Assembly (NCBI GenBank): GCA_965637545.1
Contig: OZ281496.1
Span: 28,644,001-28,708,000, forward strand
Direction of reading: 5' to 3'
DNA: 64,000 bases
Origin: Phallusia mammillata
Lineage: Eukaryota
Shown in pieces: positions 15,101 to 27,424 of this stretch. The notes under the pieces are model-generated. The model made no database searches and had not been told where the DNA came from. It was given only the letters and a program-made list of their open reading frames with translations. Each line of letters opens with the position of its first letter. Positions within the stretch are counted from its first letter, which is position 1. A program made the position numbers and the translations under genes.

Positions 15101-18100
15101 TGAGCGTGAATGCGTGAAATAGCCACGCGGTCGCTAGCGTTCCGGCTCGAAATTTATGTCGGTAAGCCGATTTAAGATGTGATATACCGACTTGCTCAAA
15201 GTTGCTATGACACACAATACGAGTTTCGACTTATTGGGCTTCCAAATACAACCATGACTCAAATCGTATCCTTGTAGCTGATTTACACTTTTCGTGTAAG
15301 CCGGTTGTTTACAAAACGACCGGACGACTATAATGGATTGACAAGCAGTTTCAGTGGTCATTCCTAGAACACAAGGCGCATACATATGGTTAAATTGTAA
15401 TTGATGACAAATGCATAACTGTTACTTGTTATTGACTGGCCGCTACAGTCATAAGAAGGACTCATCATGTGGAATTAAAACATGCCTACACCAATCTAAG
15501 TGGATAGGTATAGTTTTCATACAACACCCGAACATAAGTGATAGGATTTTTTACAGATTGAATTTCGACGCCGAAAACGAAATGTACATACCAAAAGAAA
15601 CTATCGCACACATTAAGAAACAAATACTATTTTGCAATTTGTCTACACAGTACTAAAGTACTTTGAACTACAAATATATAGAATAATATACATTAAGGAT
15701 TCGTGTAATCACTTTAGCACTACTTCACATTTAAATATACCTATACATTTTGTGCATTCTTTGTGTTTTTACAGCATCTTAAAAATCCAAATAGGGGCGA
15801 TCAAAAAACAAACAAATACTTAAGCACGTACTATGGGCGTTCAACGCGTCTTCCGCCGTCAACACTAGCCAGAGTAGCAGCCTGACGGTCGAGGTCCATT
15901 GGCAGCGATAGTAACCGTAAATATAAGGGCTTGACTGTGGTCAGGTACAGAGAGGGACGAAAACAAAGACAAGGGACCGATTTCAGGCAAGCGTGATGCG
16001 AAAAAGCTACTTCACTTTGGTTTTAGTGGAGTGGAAAGCCAGGTGTGCGTCCACGTACGTGGGTACTCCAAAAAATTCGATTGGGAGTCTTGTTTTTGTT
16101 TGTTGACCGGCGTTAATTCGTTACAAGACTGTGGAAAGTCGCTGACAATGTTCTGTGAAGTGCCCAAGAAGAAATATGCGACACAAGTATCTGGAAAGCT
16201 CTTGACAAATAAATATGACAGTTTTAAAAGCTCTCCACATGACGAGTTAAAAACAAAACATTTTAAGAACTTTAAAGACAAAAAATTAACGAAAGTTGAC
16301 GTTTTAATCTTTGAAAGACTTTGCTGGCCCATATACTTTTTGATCGCTAGATGTTTCAAATGCTTGCAAAGTAATCAGTGATTGCACCAGACAACGTAAA
16401 ATTTGGCATAACAAAGCCTTGAAATATGGGTAAAACACGAACCAAGAACAAACATACATTCATGACTTTAAACCCGTCACTGTTTCATTGATAAACTTGC
16501 ATTTCGAAAGCACATAGACGAATAAAAGACATTGTAACTTATGTTTGCAGAAATTAAATTCCAAACGAAGAATACTTAATTTCGGTTTGCAAGTTGGTGG
16601 AAAACTTTCTAAAGGCTAGTGGAACAAAAACCCAGGATTACAAAGTTCAATGATTGTGACAGAAATAATATTCACACAAACATATACCAAGAAGCTTTTC
16701 ACGGTCCATAGGCAAGTCATGGGCCTCAACTTTCAATGGTTTAGTTCGAGTGAAGGGTGCTTGCCTATGCACAACAATCGCCCTTTCCACACTCTTGCGG
16801 TGGAAGCCGTCACGCGCGTCACCATGGCAACCGAAACACTGTCGACGAAGCGTGACCGCTGCAAGTGCGTTCGCTGACTCTCGAAACGCAGGTGCCAAAA
16901 TCAGGCCAATGACGCAATTGTTGGCTCCCGTAATGATTGCTAGGGATATGTAATAGCGATTCTGTGGCTTTGTTTGTTTAAACCGCTGTCGCGCGGCACG
17001 TATTAGGAGAGAGGTTGATATTTATCGGTGTCGGCTGTTATTACTGTGACGAACTCGCAACTTCAGGTCACAGCTGAGTATGTTTCTGAAGGGTTTACAG
17101 CACCTAGGGTACTGGGACAATGGTAAGTAATGACGCTTTGGCAAAACGCTTACACAAACCAACATCAGTTTTTTGGGAAAATCTCCATGTATGGTTTAGT
17201 TTTTTTGCCATCCTCTGCCACATTGAAATGCTTGGGAGACAAGCTGAATTCAGTACGGACAGTTACTTGTTGTCAATGTCAGAAAACATTCTTTTTTTAG
17301 TTGCTTTGAAACATATTCAGATTTTTATCGTATCAACAATAAAAAGTGCCACACCAAAAATGTCAGATCGTCAATTTAATAGGGGTGTGAATCCTAAAAC
17401 CTCTTTAATTTCTTTTGAAAAACAAACAAAACCATGGTCGATTAATTGGCCTGCTCGCTAAAAGACAGTGTTTTGGAGCTACTGTAATGGCAAATTACCA
17501 ACTACAGACATACCACAAATACCACAACATCACAACAGCCAACAAATTAGCTACGCTTGAAAACTGACGGCAAAACTAGGCACGTTTTACCAACTATACC
17601 GTCTGACATAAAGGGAACTCAAGTTTCATGCACAGACAAGAAACTGTGTTTGATTTTCAACCCGTTGAAGTGTTACCGTAAACATCATCATATGGTTTAC
17701 TGAAAAAATTATAGCGCACGCAACAGCACACCTTCAATCCCACTACACATAATAGCGGCGAAGCGAATTGTTAAGTACATCATTGAAATTTGCAAAATAA
17801 ATTTGGAATGACTAATAAGATCTGGCGAATAAACGTCCAAGTTTTTTGACCCTAAACCATTTTGCTAAGTATATTAGTTGTAGGTCTAAAGCAAAATTTG
17901 GAAACCCCAGTAATACAGAAATCCCCAGTAAGCGACATTAAACTATTATTGGTATCGCAAAGATATGCTTGGACGTAGTGAAACACTATGGCGAACACCA
18001 AGTTTAATCCTAAATTCGAGATATCTTTGAGAGGTAACGTCACCAACAAAATGCCCTAAATAGTAACTTTTTGCCTTTGTCAACGCAAACGAGCGTTACG

Positions 18101-21100
18101 TCATGGGCACAGTAACTCGTCACTGGTCAGTCGTCCAATAATTTGCAGCACGAGTTTCAGTGGCAACTTGACACCGCAATTTGTGAAGGTTTGCGTCTTA
18201 TTGCGGAACAATCGAACCATGATTGCCCTCTTGAAGGAAAAATACCGACACGAAAAGGGCTATATTAGCAAGATAAAATTGGGGAAGGCGGTTACGAATA
18301 GAACGACCGCTTCATTAATAAAATGAAAAATATTTATTTTCTATTCACGGTGTTAAGGATTCTTTGATTTGAATCATCTAGCAATCATTGTCACGTCCGA
18401 AACACATTGAAATAGTTATGAATCATCAGTAGGTAAGTTCGGATATTGTGTGATGATTTTGAAATCCGAAGTTATTCAAACAAAACAGGCAGACCAAAAA
18501 AACAACAGTGCTCCAATTTTAATGTTTGCAACAACAGCAAAAGATGGTACATGAAAACTGAATTGTAACATTAAGATTAAAACAGCACGTAGCAGTACAT
18601 TCCAAAATCCAGTACAAAGATTTACATCTTTGAAAATGGAATTCAACTTCTATCTCTCCTTTACAACGATATCGTTGACACAATGCATTTAAGATATCGA
18701 TAGACAGACAGAGACAGAATCAGAAATGCATCCCATGTGTTCGGTGTCAACAAAGATAAGCGTGCTCTTAAGGCAGGTAATCTGATGATGTCTTAATCCG
18801 CGACACCAGGAAACTATAATACGTTGCTTTGACAGATTGGGTTAAAGCGGTGTGCGGATATAATGCTATTGTGGTCAAACTGAATTCTTTTACTTATTTC
18901 TTGAGTTGTGTAGTTGCAATGTAACCTACCCGATGTAGTGCATTTTAGATAAAGGGTAAAAGATTTTTCTAAGGTGGTGAACTGACCAACACGAAGGGTA
19001 TTTTTTATTTTAATGTGCTGGTTACAAATAAAAGTTTAAAAAGAAACTCGTGTATCTCATTTTGCCGGTCAATTGATAAACATGGCAAGTTTAAAGAGCT
19101 CTTCTGGCAAATGTGATTTTATTCCGACGTTTCGACGTCCTATACAGGTGATAAACATGGCAGTTTACTTGTAGATGATTGCTACAGATCAAGATTACAA
19201 TCAAGTCGCACGATAAAGCTACAAAAAAAACGGGAAAAACATTTTTTATGTTACTGGTTAAACAAGGCAAGTCATTTTGAAAATATAGGTTCTGGGAAAC
19301 GAACACAAAAAACGTTTTTCATGGTTGTAAGACTTACAAGCGTTAAGTGGATTATAAAAAATGTTTCAGTTGCTAGAGCTGCAGCTAAGTTTCTCCGCAA
19401 AAACGCAAGCACGCGGTTTTTGGGCAGCTCGAACATATTACCTCATTCCCCCGGGGTAAACCAAAAAATTACGTCACCTGCATAGACTTGAATGAAGCGC
19501 GAGAGCAAGAAAAAAACATGAAAGGGAAAGAAATCGGCCTTTTCCGATCAGTAAAGACGAGTCGCACTTTAAACAAAGGCAACCTTATCGATTAATCGCT
19601 AGATCCCGGAACTGTACAGATTCGCCTAAGGGGCAGAAGGGCATGTGAAAGCACGTAAACATGTACATTTGTATGGTGGACTGCATATAAGTAAGGCCTA
19701 TATTGGTTTCATGTTTGCCAAAAACACATTTCAGGAGTTTACTGAGGAAAAATATTGGCCGGAATAGACTTAAAATCGACGAGCTTTATTCACCAAACGA
19801 ATGCCACCATCAGCGAGGAGGGGCGACATCAGTTAAGCCCGGTTGTAAACACTTAAGCCGCATAAAAGATTGAACTTATGAACAGATCCGTGTATTCCAA
19901 AGTACAATTCAGGAGTTATGATTTTTAAAAGTCCAATATTATATCAAGTATTGTGAAATATTAATTATGTGATTAAACAAGACACTTGCTACAGTAGCAA
20001 TTCCGTAAAATTCATTTGCTGTACAATGCAAATAGCGAATTTGTTAGGTACACTTGGATTTTGCAATGTACGTTGACTGACAAGTGCCGATTTGACTCAA
20101 CGTCGCATTAACCCCCACTTTAAAGCACTTGAACTGTTAAGTTTATTTAAAACGATTTGGAATGGGTAATTTCCAAATTTCAGACCACTCGCGAAACCAG
20201 ACAATTTGTCTCTCATGTCTGTCAACCCATGACTACCTGAAGCATAACGAATTTATTTGTAGATAGAAACACTGCGGCTTTGGTCTGGTTTTGGGGACCC
20301 TAAGGTTGTGTTTAAATTCAAATTAAGACTAGGCATTGGGAAAATGTCACTATTCAATTTAAAAAGTCAGTCAATAAACTACACAGAAAGAAGTTACATG
20401 AAGCATAACTGTTGATACATATTCTGAAATACGCACTACGTTTTAGATAGAACTTCAAAGATGGGGAAACAACTCGTCTGATTTAGTGCTAATGTACTTG
20501 CCTGCCTAGTTAAACACGTTGCGGTTTTAGGTGGTGCACCTTTCACGTGTGATAAAGAAAGAATACTAAGCGGTGTTTAAGTTTGTAAACCACATTAACC
20601 TGCCAGGCAGCAACTATAGGGACGATGAATCATTGCAAATACCATTAAATATATCTTTGGAATTTTCCTATGAACGAATTTCGACGTACAAGCAGTTTGT
20701 TTATGATCGCCTGAAGCACTTTGATAAACCAGAAACAATATGTTGAAGTCGGACAAAAAACTCCAAGGCATGTGTTTCGACAAAACTGAGTCAAAAGTAC
20801 TTTCCAATTGAGATTCAATTTGTTGTTAAAGACGATTGTTTTGCATAACAAGAGTTTCATTTTGGGACAAAACAAAACACTACACAGAAAATTGCATTAA
20901 TCATCAAACCTAAGTTTGTTTTAGCACTCTTCAATTAAAGTAGCAAGTTTGAAACGTTTGTTACATGTAAAAATTGCATGTCTAAACCGAAATTAGAGCA
21001 ACAGTAGGTTTGGATATAACTTTATGATCAAGAATCTAATAACTATAAACAAAAACCGTGAATATATCTCCCTAAAGCAGGAGCATTTTGGCCCGTGAAA

Positions 21101-24100
21101 CACTGTCCATTGAAACAAAGGTGACAAGATGTGGCACAACAGATCTACCGAGGCATCATCTTACATCATCACTGACAGCAGAGAGTAGCGCAAAACAGCG
21201 GTGTAATAATTCTCGAGAACGCCTACAACGGTTTCGTGTTCCCAACGCGCTAGGACAAGCATGGGGTCGCGATGGCTTGAAATACTTCAAAGCGGTAAGA
21301 ACGGCCTTCGAGGTGTTAATTGAACAATCAGGCGAGGGACTGAACCACGCTAAGCCGATACGTGTATATGTGTTTGCCCATCACGTTGGAAACCACGGTG
21401 GACTCGGCGAACAGGTGTTCAAGCCTTACGATTAAACTTTGATTTTTAAGAAGTAGAGATACAATAAAATAGCCCCTCGACATCACCGTGAAAAGGCAAT
21501 ATTATGCTGTTTAGCATTAGCTTTGGTGATAAGGTTCCAGATTTAATGCACGATTCAAGGAAATCTAAATAGCGTCCCTTTCCAGTTTAGTAATCGTAAA
21601 AAAACGAAACTATAAAAGACTTAAAAAGAACTTAAATTCAATCTGATTGAATTGATACGAATTATTACAACTCCACTATAAACTATACAGTACTACGAAA
21701 TAATGAGTTTTGACAAACACCTTCGAAAACCACCCAGAACGACCTTTTCCGCGTATTTGGGTTCAAATTATTTTTGTTCACGTGAACAGGAGAGGATACA
21801 AATTTCTGCATTATAAAACGGTTTAAATGTTAAGGGGAACTCGTAAGGACAGTTCTACAGGTAAAATTCTGTCTTCGGTTCACATAGGACACATATGACA
21901 CCTTTTATTGTCCAGCTAAACGCTCCGATTATTTGAAAAGCCAAAGGTGTCAGTTTACGGCGAGTCGACAAAATGTTGACCAACCTTAGGTAGCTATCAC
22001 CTCGCGACGTCGGCTAAACAAAAGTGAAACAATGGAGGACGGGTTGGAAAAATGTGGTTCTGGCTCTTCAGGATATAAATCGGAAGTCAATAAGCAAGGA
22101 ACAAAGGAATTAAGTTCGACTTCTAAGAAACAACGCGCGAGCTCGGACGGTGACTGGTTTAGGAAACAAGAGATTAGGTGAACGAAACATCAACGAGGTG
22201 TGAAAAATTTGAATCAGACAATATACAAAAGAATGTAATGACATGAGAGTAAACAGCGTCAACACCAAAGACGCCCAACGGTTACTAAATAAGTAGAGTG
22301 AATACAATTTTGCATTACTTGTCATAAATATCAAAGTATTAGACAATTCCACAAGCAAACGAATTTGTTTTAACATTTGTCTGCTCTTTTTCTCTCTGGG
22401 CCAATAGTGAAAACGAACAATACATGTTTATAAAAGCAATGAACCGAAAATCACAATTAGTGGCATTGGGGCAACATCTGACAAAGAACGTTAAAAATTT
22501 TTATTTTAACGTGTATTGCGGCGATGATTTTAGTTCACAAAGAAGACAATATTGGCAAATCAGTCTAGTTCTGCAGCAAGCAGTGTTGCATCATCACGTA
22601 TCAAGGAAGTCAACAATTTCCTTAGTACCCGTAAAAAGCTAGGAACAAATCCGCGAAAAATAGTCACACCCAAGGCAACAACGTACAAATAATTGCTAGT
22701 TTCTGGTTTCTCGTGTTGCAACCCACAATTAAAAGTTAGATTGCCAACAAACGTGATGTCATGGAAAATTCGCAGTTTTTTGACAATGATCGCTGACTCG
22801 GGCTTAAAATCAACAGTAATCTCATAAACTGGGCAAACATGGTTGTTAAATTGACGATTATGTCTTATTGACTGATCCTGCATATACTGAAATTTATTGA
22901 AAAGGTCAAAACATTTAATTGTTAGTAATAAGTGAGAATAAATATACAAACCATTTGCCTTTGTACGTATGAGCAAAGCTAGCTTTCCATAAAACAAGAG
23001 AACTATACGCAAGTTTATGCGCAAATTTTATAATCAAGTTAAGTTTACCGAAAAACAGTTTAGGCGAAACGTACTTTGTTTTTTAGACTAATCCAATTAC
23101 AATTTTGTTTGACTACTTTTAAGTCCGTATGATGTCATAGCTAAAAAGAAAAAGATGAAAAAGCCCCAAGGAAAGACAATACACGCCTAAAAGCACGTTT
23201 AATCAATTCAAAGAGCAACAACAACAATAAGATAGGGCTTCGTTCGGGCTAACAATTACCAACCATTGAACGTGATGATGTGGTCTGACAGCACTACAAG
23301 AAAACACGAGGTGTGACATAACCGCTAGTGAAGTGCCGGAAAGTGTTGATAGCAATTTGTAGTCCGCAATTCAAAACTCAACTTGATCTGTTCGCTGTAA
23401 ACAAGCAACTGCGCAAGGGTAGCGTTTAAGTCTGACCTAACTGCCGGTGTCAATACGAAGGTAATTGTTACTTGGCGCTGACATTCTCGAGGTTTTTCGT
23501 GGGCATCGCAGATGTAAATTACAGGGAGTGCAAAGTGATGTTTTTGAACTGTAATTGCTGCCACAGAGCAGGTTTTTGTGTGAAAAGGTGCAATGTTTGT
23601 TCTTAAATGCGACGGGACACGGTTTAGAAATCGACTTTATAATGCAGTATGAAAGGGTGAACGTGCAATTACACGAGGCAAATAATATTTTGAGCGAACG
23701 TGTATCCAACGGTTAAAACAATAGTTTCCTTGCAAGTATAACTCACAAATGTATAATACAGGAGAGATACAGACATTACAAGCTTTAAGACGTAACTGTG
23801 CTACTTGGTTACGGCGCATAAGGTGACACGCCAAAACGTCACATTATTGGTTTTAAAATAAATTTTGGCAAACGAACGTCACTCTGCCCTCAAGACTTCC
23901 TCTTCAAACGGGTAAAACTAAATCTAACCTCTTTAATCGAGTTTCATGCAGCTTCTACAATCTATCCACATACAAAGCTGCAAATTAAACACCAAAACAA
24001 ATGCCTCTCGCAAGCCAGGAATACTTTAGTTATAATCTATGACTCAGCCAGTTCCTCGTTTATTACAGGGTTTTCATTGTACAACATCATCCCTTTCCTG

Positions 24101-26658
24101 TTTAGCCCGGGTTTGCACAACAAGAAACAGGTAAAGTTGAGCAAAAAAGCGTGCGCTCCGTCATGAACTCAAGAGCATATGTTTGACAAAGCACGTGCTG
24201 CAAAAATGCGACGCAGTTTACAACGATTTGATTGTATCAAATTCAATCATCCTTAAAACCAAGTTTATATTCTGCTGCAAAAAAATCCTAACAGTTAATT
24301 ACACCAACTGCTAAAAGCAAAAACACTATTCGACAAATGCTTTAAGGCAAATCATGTAGAAAACATAGCCTTACCCGCCTTTGCCATGAGCTAAGACTAA
24401 TTAGTTCTGCCTGTCCGTACACAACAACAATGCGCTGTGAAGCGTAGAACAAAACTGACATCAGAAATACATGATGAGGGTTCGGGTGTTTGTGTGCGCG
24501 TTCGCTCGAAACCCTCACGAAAACAAATTAAAAAAAGACATACCCTTCTTCGACTTGGCTCCAATCTTTAGTTTTGACGGCCACGTTATTTCTGTGTTGG
24601 TTTGGGCCATAATCTAAAGACAACGTTGGCATTAAAAAGACAAAATACATTACTGGGATTGTAATAGCTATTAAGGGACTTATTTGAATGGACTGCAGGA
24701 CCCGATGTTTAACTATAAATAGGCCCTGCTCCTAAATACTTCACAATGCGTAAATAACGTTGCAATTGGTCGAGGTTTCGTTGATCGGCATAGCTCGCTT
24801 TTACATTACCACAAAGGCGTTTTGCTGCAAACAAGATTGCCATAGTCAGACCTACGCTCACCGCATTAAAGAATTCCTCTCCAGTTTGTCCCTTCCCATC
24901 GGTAGCAGCTGAAATCGCAAAACAAACTCTTAAGCAATTGTCAACACCATTGGACCACACATAGCTAACACAGCCACCAAATAAACAACACACTTGGTCT
25001 GGAGTGTGGTCAGCTACTATGATGTGGATGGTAAAGACAAAAAGCCACCAATAAGAAACAATGTTTAAAATAATGTCACACAAGATACCATAAACTTTTA
25101 AAGTATGATGCGTCTGACATTAGTCTATTAAACAAAATTTGACTCAATTTAAGATTTCACTGTAGCTCTTACTATCAAGCTTTTTGCACTACAAAGAAGA
25201 TAATGTAAAAACAGTGTTGTAGTTAAAAAAGCACTGATGTAGCAAGCATTATAGCATGTTAAAAGTTTATGATTCCCCAAAAAATCATTAAACTACCATC
25301 AGAGAAAACTCAAAATCTATTAGCAAAAGGCCATAAGTTAACAAAGTAAACTCTCCTAAAGGTCTACATGTACATTTATCTGTAGTGGTGAAAAAAAAAC
25401 ATGTATTTATGAATGGTTAATCACAGAGTTTGGAGGTATTGTTATGATCAAGGTATTTGACTTGGGAGACACACAGTTTAACACCTAGCAGTTTCACACA
25501 ACACAAAAGTCTCAATGTTTTGTGTTCATGCCACCCTTTGAATGATGAAAACCAATCTGTCCATAGCCAAACGTTTAATTCACATCTAGCCATCAATTCA
25601 GATTCACAATGATATCACCTTGCTGTATGACAAAGGGTCTATTGTGAGCTAGAATTTTAAGAATAGCCAACTCTGTTTCTCACAACATATCATGAATTGT
25701 TTGAAACTGACATAACATACCAGTGTATACACATTGGCTACAGATTTTTTGAAAATATATGTCTATACTTTAAATGACAAGCAAGTATTATTAAAGTGTA
25801 CAAACTTTCAAGCAAAAATCTGTTCTAAATGGTGTGGCAAACTTATATATATAAGTTGAGAGTTGAATGTAAACAACCACACAACCAAACACATTCCAAG
25901 TGCTACCTATGTTTTGGAAACATATCCACACTGCTAAGGTATTATGCTATAGTCACAGGGCTGGTAATTTGTGTTGAAGTTTTTCCCATACCTTGCAACA
26001 TTTGTTCCAATTTTCTTCTGTCAACACGAAACCTCTCTTCGGTGAGTTCAGGATCAACAACAACATCATCTTCACCATTGGTGGAAGGGTCATCTTCCTC
26101 TTTGGATTCCTCGCTAGGTGGTCTCTTCTGAATCTTAGTAACTGTCGGTACATCAGTTTGAGCAGCTGTATTTTCAGGTAAAGTTTCATTGTCAGTTTGT
26201 AATATTTCTTCAGTGCTTTTCTGAATGTTCTCTACATTTTCGTTGACATCAACTTGTGTTTCAAGGTTTTCATTCACTGGGTCTTGTGAAGGTTCAACTG
26301 GATGAACATTAATTACAATGTTGCTTGTAACTTCTGGTATAGATGGATTTGATTCCTTCATTTCCTCTCCACTGTCCTTTTCAACGTGTTCAATTGATTC
26401 AGCAGGCATTTGCGTCAAAACCGTTTCACAACTGATATTGTTGCTGTTGTTGTTATTATTATTGTTGTTGTTTACGTTATGGTTCTTGTCCAGCCGGGTA
26501 GGCGAACAGCTTTTGTGATTAGGGCTGAAGAAAATAGGTTCTTCCGCAGAATTTAAGACTGCAGTGGTCGTCAGGCTTTCTTCACCAGTAATGACGCTTT
26601 CTTCGGTTCTGCTCCAAGCAGGCTTTTCGTCAAATAAATTGCAAGAATTCACCGCCAT
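174..26658 (-). CDS. bicc1: Bicaudal-C homolog (KH-domain RNA-binding protein); 14 exons in window, 3' part including the SAM domain lies left of position 1
   Basis: Exons in transcription order: 26658-25992, 24908-24862, 24613-24544, 11904-11761, 11460-11366, 9862-9809, 9522-9334, 8934-8893, 8169-8065, 5516-5421, 5001-4858, 3557-3341, 2631-2513, 356-174. All are GT-AG and phase-compatible. The joined protein reads RVDRRKLEQMLQAATDGKGQTGEEFFNAIMAQTNTEITWPSKLKIGAKSKKDPHIKVSG...RVTLKMDVSHTEHSHVIGKGGNNIRRVMEETGCHIHFPDSNR...GCLPLVLMFDMK...DVFISIKLKPKQPSKSVIVKSVERN, which I recognise as the BicC/BICC1 KH region. The start Met and the donor at 3341 are less certain. Confidence 0.95.
499..645. repeat. 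Degenerate inverted repeat, possible old MITE
   Basis: agtgcagacgaattcggttaatcgcata (499-526) matches the reverse complement of tatgcggttaaccggattcgtctgtact (618-645) at 25 of 28 positions. A third partial copy lies near 665-685. No clean TSD. Confidence 0.5.
1891..2303. mobile_element. Non-autonomous hAT-type MITE
   Basis: TIR TAGGGATG...CATCCCTA; perfect 8-bp TSD GCATTTAT (1883-1890, 2304-2311); subterminal CCGAGCA/TGCTCGG repeats at both ends. Confidence 0.9.
2751..3151. mobile_element. Non-autonomous hAT-type MITE
   Basis: 13-bp TIR CAGGGCTGCCACT...AGTGGCAGCCCTG; perfect 8-bp TSD GTTTTAGG (2743-2750, 3152-3159); subterminal CTAGAT repeats. Confidence 0.92.
8997..9075 (-). mobile_element. 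Degenerate copy of the hammerhead-motif repeat
   Basis: Minus strand reads cccgatgcaagcgacctacataggacgtcgaaac...ttgccagaagagctc. It shares ataggacgtcgaaac with the 10147 copy and the gccagaagagctc 3' end with the 19094 copy; the catalytic core is mutated. Confidence 0.6.
10147..10312 (+). mobile_element. 166-bp non-autonomous retro-element (Penelope-pLTR/retrozyme-like) carrying a hammerhead motif
   Basis: Flanked by the 15-bp direct repeat tgatggattctacat (10132-10146, 10313-10327). Perfect 26-bp inverted repeat (10145-10170, 10259-10284) encloses the ribozyme motif. Confidence 0.7.
10199..10248 (+). ncRNA. Minimal type I hammerhead ribozyme-like motif
   Basis: CUGAUGA at 10206-10212 plus one extra A; 8-bp helix II GGCGUCUU/AGGACGUC with GUAU loop; GAAA at 10234-10237; palindromic ACGU as helix III (pairs only in a dimer); GUC triplet ending at 10241; helix I cattatc/gattatt pairs at 5 of 7 positions. 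Confidence 0.6.
11976..12047. repeat. Short two-copy tandem duplication (about 38-bp period)
   Basis: aattttgaccttagtcaattaatcaaatgt is followed by aattttgacctcagtcatttaatcaaatgt. Confidence 0.8.
12919..13100 (+). mobile_element. Second, decayed copy of the 10147 element
   Basis: Shares aagtattgctc..cagcag, cattatcc(t/c)(t/g)atgaaggc and atacattatgcctggcagcaatagc with the 10147 copy; the ribozyme core is mutated and partly deleted. Confidence 0.75.
19094..19148 (-). mobile_element. 5'-truncated 55-bp copy of the hammerhead-motif repeat with long TSD
   Basis: Minus strand cctgtataggacgtcgaaacgtcggaataaaatcacatttgccagaagagctctt, flanked by tgataaacatggca(a)gttta at 19074-19093 and 19149-19167. 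Confidence 0.75.
26437..26472 (-). repeat. Coding AAY trinucleotide repeat (poly-Asn) in BicC exon 1
   Basis: Translates as NNNNNNNNNSNN in the BicC frame. Confidence 0.85.
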
Positions 26659-27214
26659 CTATATAGCTGTGTCAACTGGCAACGCACATCGGCATTTTTG
26701 CGCCAGGCTACCCTTCTCGCGTGTAGTGATTGTCAGTCGCTGTGTTCATGTTCCAAATGCAGTCGCGATCGCGAGAAAAAAACGAGAGAGCCCTTTTTTC
26801 TTTTTCGCAGCTGGAATTTTATCCTATGCTACTAGGTATGAAATAAAAAAGAACTCTCTCTCGCTCGCGTGTTGTTTTTGTTGTTGTCGCAGAATGGGTG
26901 AGCAAATACTATTGTTTACGCAATTTGGTTAATTATCCACTCAATAGTTGTGCAAAAGATACACATCAGGTCAATTGTCCAATACGACCCGATCTTATCA
27001 TCTTTTACTCAGTAATCACGTTACCCATACCTTTTTTACCATTCCACGCATGGCGATTTGTATATCTTTGAATGCACAACATATATAAAATGCTAGAAAC
27101 CGTGCAATGTATGTTAAATTTAGAGTTTACATTGCAGAGTTCTCGCACATCGGGTCTGGTTCAGGCTTATGTTCAGATAAAAGGGGCTTGATTTGGATTG
27201 ACATCACCCTTGGC

Positions 27215-27424
27215 CAGTGATGGGATTCAAATTTTTTGTCAGCCGGTTCTATCACAAAAGTCATATTTTTCAGCCGGTTCTATCACAAAAGTCATATGTT
27301 TCATCCGGCTCTGTTACAAAAAGTCCATTGACAGTAACCAGTAATGCTAAGCGGTTTGCTGATCTCATAAAATTTCGTGACCCGGTTCTATAGAACCGGT
27401 GCGAACTGCTGAATCCCACCACTG
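27215..27424. mobile_element. Non-autonomous hAT-type MITE upstream of BicC
   Basis: TIR CAGTGATGGGATTCA...TGAATCCCACCACTG; 8-bp TSD CCCTTGGC/CCCTTGCC (7 of 8 match); internal tandem of about 31 bp containing agccggttct. Confidence 0.85.

Noticed and set aside
16012-16381. Overlapping 115-116 aa ORFs on both strands in BicC intron 3
   Set aside because: No recognisable domain, no splice context and no coding-like composition; consistent with chance.
18782-18815. CUGAUGA-UGUC..GACA-ccag-GAAAC
   Set aside because: Four extra bases between helix II and GAAA, and no cleavage triplet or helix I.
21088-21435. 115-aa plus-strand ORF
   Set aside because: No motif similarity that I can recognise; GC-richer non-coding DNA produces such ORFs.
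22560-23024. 154-aa minus-strand ORF
   Set aside because: Non-ATG start, no domain, and it does not fit the BicC exon chain, which is already complete between 24544 and 11904.
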